From contig JBHLRC010000003.1 of NCBI GenBank assembly GCA_048882965.1, positions 1-56,497 of the forward strand: 56,497 nt of DNA, written 5' to 3'. This document shows, one piece after another, positions 1-9,464 of this stretch. Both the position numbers and the translations under genes were made by a program. Below the pieces are notes generated by a model. The model was given only the letters and a program-made list of their open reading frames with translations. It was not told the DNA's origin and did no database searches. How positions within the stretch are numbered: position 1 is the first letter of the stretch; each line of letters begins with the position of its first letter. This DNA is from Candidatus Thorarchaeota archaeon (GTDB lineage: Archaea; Asgardarchaeota; Thorarchaeia; Thorarchaeales; Thorarchaeaceae).

Positions 1-664
1 TTCAAAGGGTAGCGTAGATGAAACGATTGTACTCACCCTTCCCAAAAAACAAGTAAAGATATCTGACTGGTTGAAAGAGTCTCTGCTCAGTCCTTCATCT
101 GAGAATGTTGAGCTTCAATATGGAACTTCTGCTGCAATACCCAAATTCGCTGCACTTATGACGAGATGGTTAACTGGGTTGGAGCTTTTCAAAAAAACAT
201 CCAATGGAATTGCTGCTCTAGTTTTTCTTGGTGACAAATCTACCGATGTATGTCTCTGGGATCAACCTCAAAGAAAAGTAGTCTTTTCTACTTTCAAAAT
301 CAACAATCTCGAAGAACTATCTCGAAACTACCTCCTGCCTCTCTGGCTAGTCCCTGGTGAGAAAGTTGCAGCACCACAACGCAAGCGGGAGGTAACAGTA
401 GAAACTCGAATGAAATCTGAAAAACAGGCGTCAATCTTGACGCCAACTAAGGATGCCGAAGAGAGATTAGCACTTATCTCAAAACGATTAGACTCGATAG
501 AATTACAGTTAAAATCTTCAACAGATGGTTCTAAAACATCTGTGAAAGACAGTGGTTCATTGGATATTCTCCAAACCCGTTTGTCGGATAACATAGAACG
601 CATCGATGCACTCTCAAGAAGACTCGCTGAACTTGAAAAGAGAATACGGAAGATACGCTCATGA
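1..664 (+). CDS. Hypothetical protein with C-terminal coiled coil (5' truncated by window edge)
   Basis: Frame of ORF 71..664 is open back to position 2 (SKGSVDETIVLTLPKKQVKISDWLKES...). C-terminal heptads LSDNIERIDALSRRLAELEKRI. Confidence 0.7.
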   Translation, partial: SKGSVDETIVLTLPKKQVKISDWLKESLLSPSSENVELQYGTSAAIPKFAALMTRWLTGLELFKKTSNGIAALVFLGDKSTDVCLWDQPQRKVVFSTFKINNLEELSRNYLLPLWLVPGEKVAAPQRKREVTVETRMKSEKQASILTPTKDAEERLALISKRLDSIELQLKSSTDGSKTSVKDSGSLDILQTRLSDNIERIDALSRRLAELEKRIRKIRS

Positions 665-682
665 TAAAGGTGTGAATAATAG

Positions 683-925
683 ATGGCTCGTAATTATCAA
701 CTTGAATCAGAAATCAGTGAATTAGAAAAGAGAGTTGAAATTCTTGAGTCGATATCCGCCCCTGCAACACATGATTTCACGAATGATACTCTCTCTTCAA
801 TTCTTAAACGAATGAATGCGGTGCAGTCACTTGTAGATCAGATAGAGATAGAAATTGACAAGCTGGAGATGAGAGTATCTGCCATTGAGCATGTTGATTT
901 TCGACTACGAACTAGCGGTCAGTAG
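683..925 (+). CDS. Small coiled-coil protein (80 aa)
   Basis: AGGTG SD before ATG; heptad pattern (LESEISELEKRVEILE; IEIEIDKLEMRVSAIE); co-oriented with upstream gene. Confidence 0.7.
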   Translation: MARNYQLESEISELEKRVEILESISAPATHDFTNDTLSSILKRMNAVQSLVDQIEIEIDKLEMRVSAIEHVDFRLRTSGQ

Positions 926-3563
926 TCGACTGAGTTAGGCTATCTATTAGGTCCAAGAAATATCCTGAAAACAGTGGTGAGGAAAATGCTTCCACAGGCA
1001 GGACTCTGGAATTCAATCCCTTCATTAGTTTCAAGTTGTTTTTCATTTTCTCATTTTTTCCCAATGTCAGAATCTCGAGTCTGCACCTGTCATGATCTGC
1101 GATTGCTCTAAGAAACGAGAGATGTTCTTCATCATAGTTGCCTACACTATTGCTGAGAACAATAGCTATCGTTGGTCTATCTGAACCGAAGTCTTCCAGA
1201 TATTCAGCAATTGCTCTATACACCCCAGCCATATTTTCATGTCCATCAACATCATCCAAAGTATCAATTACTGAGTAGATTAGCGAGATTAGAACTTCAT
1301 CTGATTGCAGGTCCTGAAAGAACTCTACATAGGGTTGAACCTCTTTACCCCTCTGGATCGAAAACTTCTCTGGAGTTTCGCCAAATGTCACAAGTGCTAG
1401 TTTCCCTTCTGTCTGATTGTATAGTAATGCGTTTACGATGGTAAGAACAGAGAGAGCGGCAATCTGTGAACGGGAGGAAGTTTTGTTTAATGCATCAAGA
1501 AATGGACCCAGCTCTGGTACTTTACTTTTTAAAGGACTCAGTTGCCTACGAGCTGCATGTAGCGTTTTCAACGAAACATCCTTCGTCTTCATTTTCATCC
1601 CTTTTGAAATGCATAATATGATGTTGAATTCATTGAAAGCTTGCTGTGGTCTAAAGTATGTTTTTTCATCAGTCAATCTACCAACCTTTCCTGAGAGAAG
1701 TTGAGGCTCCGAGGACTTGAAACATAAACTGACTTCCTTTCCATCATTTCCTACACTCAATTGAGAATCATGTCCAATTAGAATTCCATCGATAGTGCTT
1801 CGTATGTCTTTCTCGTGAAGATGAATAAATGAGGATAATTCTGCATTTTCGAGTTTTTGAGGTGCTCCGTATGCAAGTACAGTCTTCGTCATATCTACAA
1901 TCTCATCTTCATACTTGACAAGATTTACTACAGATGAACTGCTAAAGCCAAAGAGCATCGCATCTACTTCTGAAACTACTATAGACCTCTCTCCGCACCT
2001 AGAATGTCGCTGTGCTTGACCTGCAGCCCATCTTCCAGAGTTAGAATCAAGGGCAAGTATGAAATCTCCCGATGCAACTTCAAGAGCAGTCATATCATCA
2101 TCACACATGAAGAAAACTCCTCTGTCCGACTTTGCTACCTCCACACTGAAGTGAAGCGCAGATAGGATCTCATGCGGATTGGCAACTTGAAGACAATTTA
2201 GGAGTGCTTGAGCAAAACGGGTCAGATGAGCTGGGGAACCGTATATCGGTCCTTCCAATTTTGCATTTGCACGAACTAGGGTGTCTAGAAGAACACCATC
2301 TCGTTGAACAAGACTCTCTGAAAATGCCTTTTTCCATCCAGATATTATCACTGCACCATTTTTTTCCAGCAGTACTGAAAGACAAGTGGCTTTCACTGCT
2401 GTTGGACCTTTCAATGACAAAATCGCGCTATCGAGATGGACCTTTCCTCCATCGTTATCAACCATATAATCTAAAGACACAATTCCCTGAATCTTACGTG
2501 CTTCAAGAAGCTGAAGAATGCGTGCAAGTTCATTCATTGCAGCTTTTCCAAGGCTTTCCTCCGCCATTACAGACGAATTATTCTCTTCATACGATAAGAA
2601 TGGTGGTCGAGGTGGAAGAATAGATAGCATATTTCCACCAAGCACTCTCTGAATCTCTTCTGGTGAAGCAGCCAAATTCTTACTCAATAGATAGCTGAAA
2701 ACTTCAGACACACTATCTCCAAATTGTGTTTCAGGATACGAAGAGCCAAATATGACTCGCCTTGACCAATTGATGTCACTCTGATTCTTTCTCATATGCC
2801 GGATTAGCGAAGATAGAGATGAAATTGTTGCCCCCGCTGTCAGGACTTTACTGCCAGGAACATCAAGGAGCCGAGTGATTTCCTTACCCCACTCCTTGTG
2901 GTTCTTAACATTCAAGATCAGATTAGGGGTGATTAGTCCTGCTTGTTTGAGAAGGACAAGCCACTCAAGAAGCGAATCTAGTTCTGATGGTGGTCCCATC
3001 TCAACAAAGACAGGTTTCCCTGTTTTGATGTATTCAAGCAAATCAGTCCTATTAGCGCCTTTCAAAATAATGTTCAAATCTTCAGCTCTTAAGACGCATC
3101 CCCAACCAGGTTCGGTTCTCCGATCAAACCTCATATCTTGGAGATGATAGAGTCTAGGACCATATGGCGGAAGGGTTGCCCATCTAAATATGGACTCTGC
3201 ATTTGCTTTTTGTTGAAGCATAGGTAATGTTGTATCACCTAAATTGATGATTGGCTTTACAACCAGATAATCTGCAATCCAACTTTGTTGCACCGATGAT
3301 GATGAACCATGAACGAATTCCCCTAGCAGCTTTGGTTTTTTGAGATAGTCATAAACTCTCCTTGGTAAATACTTGAATGCTCCAGGATACTGCGATGAAA
3401 AATCGTGAAGTTGACTTTCAACCATGTTGTAGTATGCCCATACTCTTTCCGGATCAAATGTTCGAATATCAGTACCCGCCCGGACAATACCAAGATGAAT
3501 GGAACTATCGACGACAATAAAGCGGTGAATCTCATTTGCTTCAGTGTCCTCAACAACAATCAT
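912..3563 (-). CDS. Catalytically degenerate fusion protein: pseudo-amidohydrolase + Cdc48-N-like domain + degenerate vWA; paralogue of 3711..5219 plus 5289..6578
   Basis: Colinear matches to both neighbours, e.g. RVIFGSSY...SYLLS...IQRVLGGNMLS vs NILFGTDF...LYLLS...AQRVLAGNALS; FNIILCISKGMKMKTKDV vs FNAVLCIDTSGSMKTTDV; GKEVQPYVEF vs SGEVQPFVEC. Metal and MIDAS ligands are replaced. Confidence 0.85.
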   Translation of the reverse strand: MIVVEDTEANEIHRFIVVDSSIHLGIVRAGTDIRTFDPERVWAYYNMVESQLHDFSSQYPGAFKYLPRRVYDYLKKPKLLGEFVHGSSSSVQQSWIADYLVVKPIINLGDTTLPMLQQKANAESIFRWATLPPYGPRLYHLQDMRFDRRTEPGWGCVLRAEDLNIILKGANRTDLLEYIKTGKPVFVEMGPPSELDSLLEWLVLLKQAGLITPNLILNVKNHKEWGKEITRLLDVPGSKVLTAGATISSLSSLIRHMRKNQSDINWSRRVIFGSSYPETQFGDSVSEVFSYLLSKNLAASPEEIQRVLGGNMLSILPPRPPFLSYEENNSSVMAEESLGKAAMNELARILQLLEARKIQGIVSLDYMVDNDGGKVHLDSAILSLKGPTAVKATCLSVLLEKNGAVIISGWKKAFSESLVQRDGVLLDTLVRANAKLEGPIYGSPAHLTRFAQALLNCLQVANPHEILSALHFSVEVAKSDRGVFFMCDDDMTALEVASGDFILALDSNSGRWAAGQAQRHSRCGERSIVVSEVDAMLFGFSSSSVVNLVKYEDEIVDMTKTVLAYGAPQKLENAELSSFIHLHEKDIRSTIDGILIGHDSQLSVGNDGKEVSLCFKSSEPQLLSGKVGRLTDEKTYFRPQQAFNEFNIILCISKGMKMKTKDVSLKTLHAARRQLSPLKSKVPELGPFLDALNKTSSRSQIAALSVLTIVNALLYNQTEGKLALVTFGETPEKFSIQRGKEVQPYVEFFQDLQSDEVLISLIYSVIDTLDDVDGHENMAGVYRAIAEYLEDFGSDRPTIAIVLSNSVGNYDEEHLSFLRAIADHDRCRLEILTLGKNEKMKNNLKLMKGLNSRVLPVEAFSSPLFSGYFLDLIDSLTQSTTDR

Positions 3564-3710
3564 TCCATGCGACTCCAGATTTATCTATCTTCAAATCAAC
3601 AGAAGCCGATATATGCATAGTGCCGATTTCTATCAGAGTATAAGTTGTTAATTACGCAATGATTTATCTCCTATGTGGAAGTATCGTTACTTTGGAGGAA
3701 CTGAGCACCC

Positions 3711-5219
3711 ATGCTCGTTATCCGAGCTCTTGAGAGTCAACCAAATAATGGAATAAGTAAAGGTGATGAATTCAGACTCTATATATTGGATGCTCACCAT
3801 CACATGGGTCGTGAGAAGAGTCATACGAATACACCTCTAGGAGCGTATGAATTTTATCAACAACTCTGGTTTGAGATTCAAAAGAAAACCAAAGTGCTAC
3901 TTGAAAATGACACTCTGTTATTTGAACCCGTACGTGTAGAAGCACCACCTTTAGCAAGAGCGATTATCAAGAATAAGAAGAGCTGGGCCAGACTTGACCA
4001 TGGTTGGCTTGTTGATAGAACCTTTGTCTTCCCATACACAGACGACTACTCCACTCCATCCTCAAAAGATGAACCTTCATTCAAAGTTTCAAATGACAAA
4101 ATTGCGTCATGGACAAGTAGAGCCCCTCATTCTACTAGATTAATCGGATTCGCACGTGTCAACCCTCTAGATGGATCCTACAAGGGAAACCTTCTTGCTG
4201 TAAAAGAACTTGAACGTGCCGTTTTGGCTCATGGTCTTAGAGGACTAAAACTACACCCTCTCGCTCAACTCTTTGTGGATGAGATTGATAGGAATGAACC
4301 AAGGGAAGTCGTGAAACGAGCTGGAGAGCTTGGTATCCCTGTAATTTTTGACACTCGAAATATGCGTACAGTTGTGAGAATAAAACGACTAGTAGATTCA
4401 ATGAGGAATGATCCTGATTGTGGAGCTGCATTGAAGGGTCTGAGGGTAATTCTTGCGCATTGTGGAATGTCTCCCGGCGACTCTCGACTTTATGAAGCAT
4501 TGAAGGACCCTCTGATATATGGTGAAACATCCACACTTCATGATAGGGATGTCCCTGTTCTTTTCGAGTCTGCATGTGACCGACTAAGTTCTACAAATCA
4601 GGAATGGTCTGAGAATATTCTCTTTGGAACTGATTTCAGTTTCCTATCAGTCCAAGCAATGGATATCATTTTGTATTTACTCTCAAGGGACTTTCCAGGT
4701 ACTTTAGCTGATGCCCAGCGTGTTCTTGCAGGAAATGCGCTATCACTTGTTCATATTCCCTTTAGAACTTCAAGAGGGTCATCCGGACCACCTAAGGAAT
4801 TAATCTGCAAAGATGAGTCATTAGAAACTCAACGCGGAGTTGAACGTTTTGTAATCAAGCTCATAACAAACGGCACATGGGATTTAGAGTCATTGGATTT
4901 TATGATTCCCCCAATTGGAACTTGGCCTGAACCAGAGAGTATTGCTAGTGGTGGGTCCAATGGAATACATATGGATTCGTACGTATTGGCATTGACATCA
5001 AAGGAAACTAATAGTGAACAACATTTGTGGATACGAAGACGACCTGATGATTATTTGAGTTGTACTCTTTTGCCGACACAAGGAATGATTAGATTGGAAA
5101 CCTTGGAAAATGCATCACAAAAGGTAGGGCAGGTTCTATTGAACTCTCTATCTGACCATTCAGAAACCTTTCAATCAGATGACAAGTTTACATCACGCGT
5201 TGCTGAGCTTTTTGCTTGA
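3711..5219 (+). CDS. Metal-dependent amidohydrolase (TIM barrel, Amidohydro_2-like) with ~150-aa C-terminal extension
   Basis: DAHHH, GLRGLKLHP, VILAHCG and ILFGTDF motifs; GGAGGA SD upstream. Confidence 0.9.
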   Translation: MLVIRALESQPNNGISKGDEFRLYILDAHHHMGREKSHTNTPLGAYEFYQQLWFEIQKKTKVLLENDTLLFEPVRVEAPPLARAIIKNKKSWARLDHGWLVDRTFVFPYTDDYSTPSSKDEPSFKVSNDKIASWTSRAPHSTRLIGFARVNPLDGSYKGNLLAVKELERAVLAHGLRGLKLHPLAQLFVDEIDRNEPREVVKRAGELGIPVIFDTRNMRTVVRIKRLVDSMRNDPDCGAALKGLRVILAHCGMSPGDSRLYEALKDPLIYGETSTLHDRDVPVLFESACDRLSSTNQEWSENILFGTDFSFLSVQAMDIILYLLSRDFPGTLADAQRVLAGNALSLVHIPFRTSRGSSGPPKELICKDESLETQRGVERFVIKLITNGTWDLESLDFMIPPIGTWPEPESIASGGSNGIHMDSYVLALTSKETNSEQHLWIRRRPDDYLSCTLLPTQGMIRLETLENASQKVGQVLLNSLSDHSETFQSDDKFTSRVAELFA

Positions 5220-5288
5220 CGCTGACTCAAAATTCTTTATAACATTACAATTGGAGAATCTCCTATACGACTAGAGGAGGTAAATGCC

Positions 5289-6578
5289 ATCACCAAAAAA
5301 CTGACGCTGGAGATAATAGATGGCGGAGACCTACGAGGCTTCGCTAATGTGCATCCTAAAGTAGCTAAGAAGCTAGATGCTGACATAGGGTCTATTCTCA
5401 TTTTTGAAGATCCACAAAGCAGTTTTTGGGGCGCGGCTGAGATTAGAATGAACAATGAAACGGCGGAAGACAAGATTCTGATTGATACACTAGTTCTTGA
5501 AGCCTCACTACTTATGGAAGGAGATCAGGTCGAAGTCGCACTTTATGATGAAGACATGCTTGCTCTGGAATATGTTGAATTTGGTCTCAAACCCTTGTCT
5601 GAGGATGCTAACACCGAAGACCTAGTTACAAGAGCTGCTGAACGAGTAAAATCCTTGGAGAATATAATCGGTGGTCGTCTTGTTTACCCTGGTATGTCTT
5701 TCAATTGGCCTGAACTAGATGTAAAGGTGGAAATCATTAACACAAAACCAGAACTTGCAGGAAAGCGTTTTGCTAAATTAGCTTTTGAAGCGCTTCGTGC
5801 TCGAACTGGTTACCAGTTCAAGACAGTGGGTATTGCATCACCCTTCAATGCTGTTCTTTGCATTGACACCAGTGGGTCAATGAAGACCACAGATGTCCCA
5901 GTTCAGGATATCGCTCATGCTCGAGAAGGTCTAAAAGATTTGGCGGGTGATAGCCCGGAAGTGCATGCATTCCTGAATCGTTTTGAGGAGGGTAAGAATG
6001 TTAGTCGGGCTGAGGCAGCTGCGATGGCTGTCCTTCTATACCTAGCTGAAAAGGTCGGGCGAGGGTATGGTGAGAAGGTTGGAGTGATCACTTTCGAGAA
6101 AGAAGTTAGTGAGATGACCTTCTTAAATTCTGATTCTGGTGAAGTTCAACCCTTTGTTGAATGTACTGGAAGAGAGAAGGCGCTTGGGCTTCAGATTATC
6201 AGTACACATGTTGTAGACAAGGTGGAAGAAGGTGGTACACTAACTGACATGGGCACAGCTCTTACCAAAGCGCATGAAATCATGGAGGAGTTTGGAGACC
6301 CTGATAAACCGACGATGTTGATTATGCTGACAGATGGAATGACAACTTCCGGACCACCCCCACTTAAAGTATTGAAGGAACGATTCACAGATCGCAGTAG
6401 ACTTGTTATCTATTGCATTGGTTTGGGTGAACGTAGCGAAATTGATGAGGAACTGATGCTAGCAATCGCTCAATATGGTAATGGTAGTTATCGTCATGTC
6501 GATAATATGAGGGACTTACTAGAATGGTATGGTAAATTAGCTGGTGAGTTTGCAGTTGTTATCCGAGGCTCTGAGTGA
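5289..6578 (+). CDS. Cdc48/p97 N-domain-like + vWA (intact MIDAS) protein, no ATPase domain
   Basis: N-terminus KKLTLEIIDGGDLRGFANVHPKVAKKLDADIGSILIF resembles the Cdc48 double-psi barrel. vWA MIDAS DTSGS...TDMG...LTDG. The ORF track starts at GTG 5349, but the frame and similarity extend to about 5289 behind GAGGAGG (5274-5280), so the start is uncertain. Confidence 0.8.
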   Translation: MTKKLTLEIIDGGDLRGFANVHPKVAKKLDADIGSILIFEDPQSSFWGAAEIRMNNETAEDKILIDTLVLEASLLMEGDQVEVALYDEDMLALEYVEFGLKPLSEDANTEDLVTRAAERVKSLENIIGGRLVYPGMSFNWPELDVKVEIINTKPELAGKRFAKLAFEALRARTGYQFKTVGIASPFNAVLCIDTSGSMKTTDVPVQDIAHAREGLKDLAGDSPEVHAFLNRFEEGKNVSRAEAAAMAVLLYLAEKVGRGYGEKVGVITFEKEVSEMTFLNSDSGEVQPFVECTGREKALGLQIISTHVVDKVEEGGTLTDMGTALTKAHEIMEEFGDPDKPTMLIMLTDGMTTSGPPPLKVLKERFTDRSRLVIYCIGLGERSEIDEELMLAIAQYGNGSYRHVDNMRDLLEWYGKLAGEFAVVIRGSE

Positions 6579-6583
6579 AAAAT

Positions 6584-7732
6584 TCAATCGCGCGGCTCAA
6601 GAGCTTGTGTCAATCCCTTGAGTGTTTCCATATCCATCTCTTGAATCTGGTCCTCTGGGATTCCTTCAAGCATCACATCTGGTATATTAATCAGGAGTTC
6701 TGCTTTCTCCTGACCGAACTTGTCTACCAATTCTTTCATTCGCGGTTCAGTATCTATCTCCTCAGGTTCTGCTTCAGCCTTTTCTGTCTCAGGTTCACCC
6801 TCCGAAGTGGACGAGAGAAGTGCTTCAAGTTCCTCCACACTAAGAGTGGATAAGGTTTCATCACCAACCTCTTTCCTCACTTCTTCAGGAAGCTTCTCGA
6901 TTAACTCATCTTGTGCGGTTGGTTTCTTTTTCTTTTTGACTTTCTTTACCTTACGCACTTTAACGGCCTTTTTCTTCTTAGGCTTCTCAGGTACTGCCAC
7001 TTTGAGTTTCTGCACAAGTTCCCTAGCAGATGCTGGAGTCAAGCGTCTAACATCTTCAGGTGGAAGTGTTTCACGCAATTCTTCCGGCAGCTCACTGAGA
7101 ATAGCATCAACCTCTTCCGAAACTCCTTCAACCTTTGGAGCGCTAATACTCGCAGCTGCATCTTCCGATAGTAAAATTGGAGCACCTTCTAGTTCTTCTA
7201 CAAGAGATGTCACATCAATTTCAATGTCAAAATTTTGGCTTCGCCAATTATTATAACGGTCAATTGCAGATGCCTTCATTTTGATGGCTGAAAGGAATTT
7301 ATTGATATCTTCATCTGCCATCTCGGGGAAATCATCAATTAATTTCTCAATATTCTCTTGTGAAATTCGTGCCCAGATAGGTCCGTTTAGGAGTTTGGAA
7401 AGCCCTGCAGCACAATGCGAACGGACCCAAGTGTTATCATCTTGAAGTCCTTTGAGCAAATCGGGGACTGTTCTTGGCTGATGATAAAATGCAAGTGCTT
7501 GAGCTGCAGCGATTCGAACATCTGGAACCTCATCAGACATCGCTTTGACAACATCTGTGACAATTGTTGGATCCGCTAGGTCTACAGCTGCAATTAATGC
7601 TCTCTCTCTAACGATATCAGAGGGGTCTGTAAACGCGCTGATCAGTGCTTTGCGCTCTGATTTTTGATCTCTTGCAAGGCGCCCAACCTCATCTGTTTCG
7701 AATTCCAACAAAAGACTCCTTGTCTTTGCCAA
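6584..7732 (-). CDS. HEAT/PBS-lyase repeat protein with Lys-rich linker and acidic helical C-terminus
   Basis: Repeats DPSDIVRERAL, DEVPDVRIAAAQAL, DDNTWVRSHCAAGL; KKKKAVKVRKVKKVKKKKK stretch; TTG start after GGAGG. Confidence 0.85.
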   Translation of the reverse strand: MAKTRSLLLEFETDEVGRLARDQKSERKALISAFTDPSDIVRERALIAAVDLADPTIVTDVVKAMSDEVPDVRIAAAQALAFYHQPRTVPDLLKGLQDDNTWVRSHCAAGLSKLLNGPIWARISQENIEKLIDDFPEMADEDINKFLSAIKMKASAIDRYNNWRSQNFDIEIDVTSLVEELEGAPILLSEDAAASISAPKVEGVSEEVDAILSELPEELRETLPPEDVRRLTPASARELVQKLKVAVPEKPKKKKAVKVRKVKKVKKKKKPTAQDELIEKLPEEVRKEVGDETLSTLSVEELEALLSSTSEGEPETEKAEAEPEEIDTEPRMKELVDKFGQEKAELLINIPDVMLEGIPEDQIQEMDMETLKGLTQALEPRD

Positions 7733-7917
7733 GAGTAATCCTCCGTGTTGAGCTTAGTATTGCGAACTTCTGGCTATGTAGCATGCAGCTGAATATCTTA
7801 ATAGCCTTAGGTGAGCGAATACTGCTGCCTACTATTAAGAGTTGGCACTACATATAGTTCTATTCTGGACATTCTATTTTGGACATCACACCGGAGTAGA
7901 TTTAGGTAGGAATTCAG

Positions 7918-8697
7918 GTGGAACATAGGGCGCCAAAGTTGTCAGAAATCAAATTAACCGCATGGCTCAGAGTACTTCTCTTCATGTTCGCGATGTACCT
8001 ACTTGCACTATCAGCTCCATTTGTGGATATTCTGATCTTCGTATTCATGTTCATTATTACCTGGGCTTTTGTGAAGTGGGAAGGGGGTGAATCAATAGTA
8101 GAACTAGGGCTTGAACTCGACAATCGAGTAAGTCGCAACATCAGCATAGGTGCAATCTCAGCAGCTCTGGCGGCGGCCATAGTTACAGCAATCGCATTCT
8201 TCTTTGGTGGCCAACTTCGTCCGGTAAATGAAATAACCGGTGACCTGATAGTCAACTTGGTTCTCAATGCCGCATTGTTTTCATTTTTTGAGGAGCTAAC
8301 GCACCGTGGTTATATTCTGACAAGGGTGGAAAGTCTAGCAGGCCGCAAAATTGCTATTGTATTCAGTTCTCTATTTTTTTCATTGCTTCACTTCAGTTGG
8401 TGGGGTCCAGCTGGTTTCAACACACTGTTGATTGTCCTTTTTACATTCAATATATTCCTTGGTGGTGTGGTTCTTTCATTTAGCTATTTTTGGTCTGGAA
8501 AGAGTTTGTGGACTCCAATCTCGTTTCACTTCATGTGGAACGTACTTGCTTACACAGCTTTTCCAGACTTTCCTCAAGTTTCTGTGATTCAACCAGAAAT
8601 CTTTCAGATCGAATGGGGAATTACAACAGTTATTGGATTCTTATTTGCACTTGCAATTCTTTGGAGCTTTCTAGCACTAGCGAAAAAGAAAATGTGA
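7918..8697 (+). CDS. CPBP/Abi (CAAX protease-like) intramembrane metalloprotease
   Basis: EELTHRGY, FSLLH and HFMWN motifs; multiple TM helices. Confidence 0.9.
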   Translation: MEHRAPKLSEIKLTAWLRVLLFMFAMYLLALSAPFVDILIFVFMFIITWAFVKWEGGESIVELGLELDNRVSRNISIGAISAALAAAIVTAIAFFFGGQLRPVNEITGDLIVNLVLNAALFSFFEELTHRGYILTRVESLAGRKIAIVFSSLFFSLLHFSWWGPAGFNTLLIVLFTFNIFLGGVVLSFSYFWSGKSLWTPISFHFMWNVLAYTAFPDFPQVSVIQPEIFQIEWGITTVIGFLFALAILWSFLALAKKKM

Positions 8698-8740
8698 GAA
8701 GGGTCGGGGCTTGTCCCGTTCCCTTCCTCTATTCTAACCT

Positions 8741-9433
8741 CTATTGGTCTAAACTTGGTATATCATCAGGTCTTCTGACATGCATTGTGATTCCAGTTAT
8801 GTGGTCAATCACAACTTGTTCGCCTGCTTTGATTGGGGGTCCGTCAGTTCTCGCCCACCAAATCTCTGCACCAGTCTTAACCTTACCCTTTGGATTAAGA
8901 TCTGTTACTGCATGAATATCTGCATATTTGAACTGAGAGTAAGTTGGCCACTTGTCGTAGTTCCTCAGGAATGCAAAATATAGAATCATCAGGCAAAATA
9001 TCGAACCTGCCATGAAGTAGACTGTTAAGCGTCTAGTTTCATCAATAAACAGTGAGAGTACTATTGCTGCACCATAAATTGGGAATAGCTTCAACGAAAC
9101 TTTGGCATCAATAAAACCACCCTCAACGAAACTACTACCTCCTGTAAACATAGTGAACATTAGATACATCACTGCGAAGATGACAATAAGCATCCAGTCT
9201 TGGAAGGTAAACCCTTGAAGCCACACTTGAAATACGAATAGAATTAATACAAGTGGGACAGTGACCTGCGCCATTGCCTTGCCTGTTGCAGGTTCGAGTG
9301 TCAACACAAGAAGCGTGAGGATAACACCCAGTAGAATTAGACCAACAAATGGATCGATTAAAAGATATGGCATTATCATACTCAATGCTGTGAACATGAG
9401 CATGACAACCAAGATTTTTATCCATGCATCCAT
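8741..9433 (-). CDS. NfeD-family membrane protein (C-terminal OB fold)
   Basis: Several TMs followed by GKVKTGAEIWWART...GEQVVIDHITGITMHV; directly downstream of the SPFH gene. Confidence 0.85.
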   Translation of the reverse strand: MDAWIKILVVMLMFTALSMIMPYLLIDPFVGLILLGVILTLLVLTLEPATGKAMAQVTVPLVLILFVFQVWLQGFTFQDWMLIVIFAVMYLMFTMFTGGSSFVEGGFIDAKVSLKLFPIYGAAIVLSLFIDETRRLTVYFMAGSIFCLMILYFAFLRNYDKWPTYSQFKYADIHAVTDLNPKGKVKTGAEIWWARTDGPPIKAGEQVVIDHITGITMHVRRPDDIPSLDQ

Positions 9434-9464
9434 TCTCTTTCCTCCTACTCAGAGTCCTATTCGA

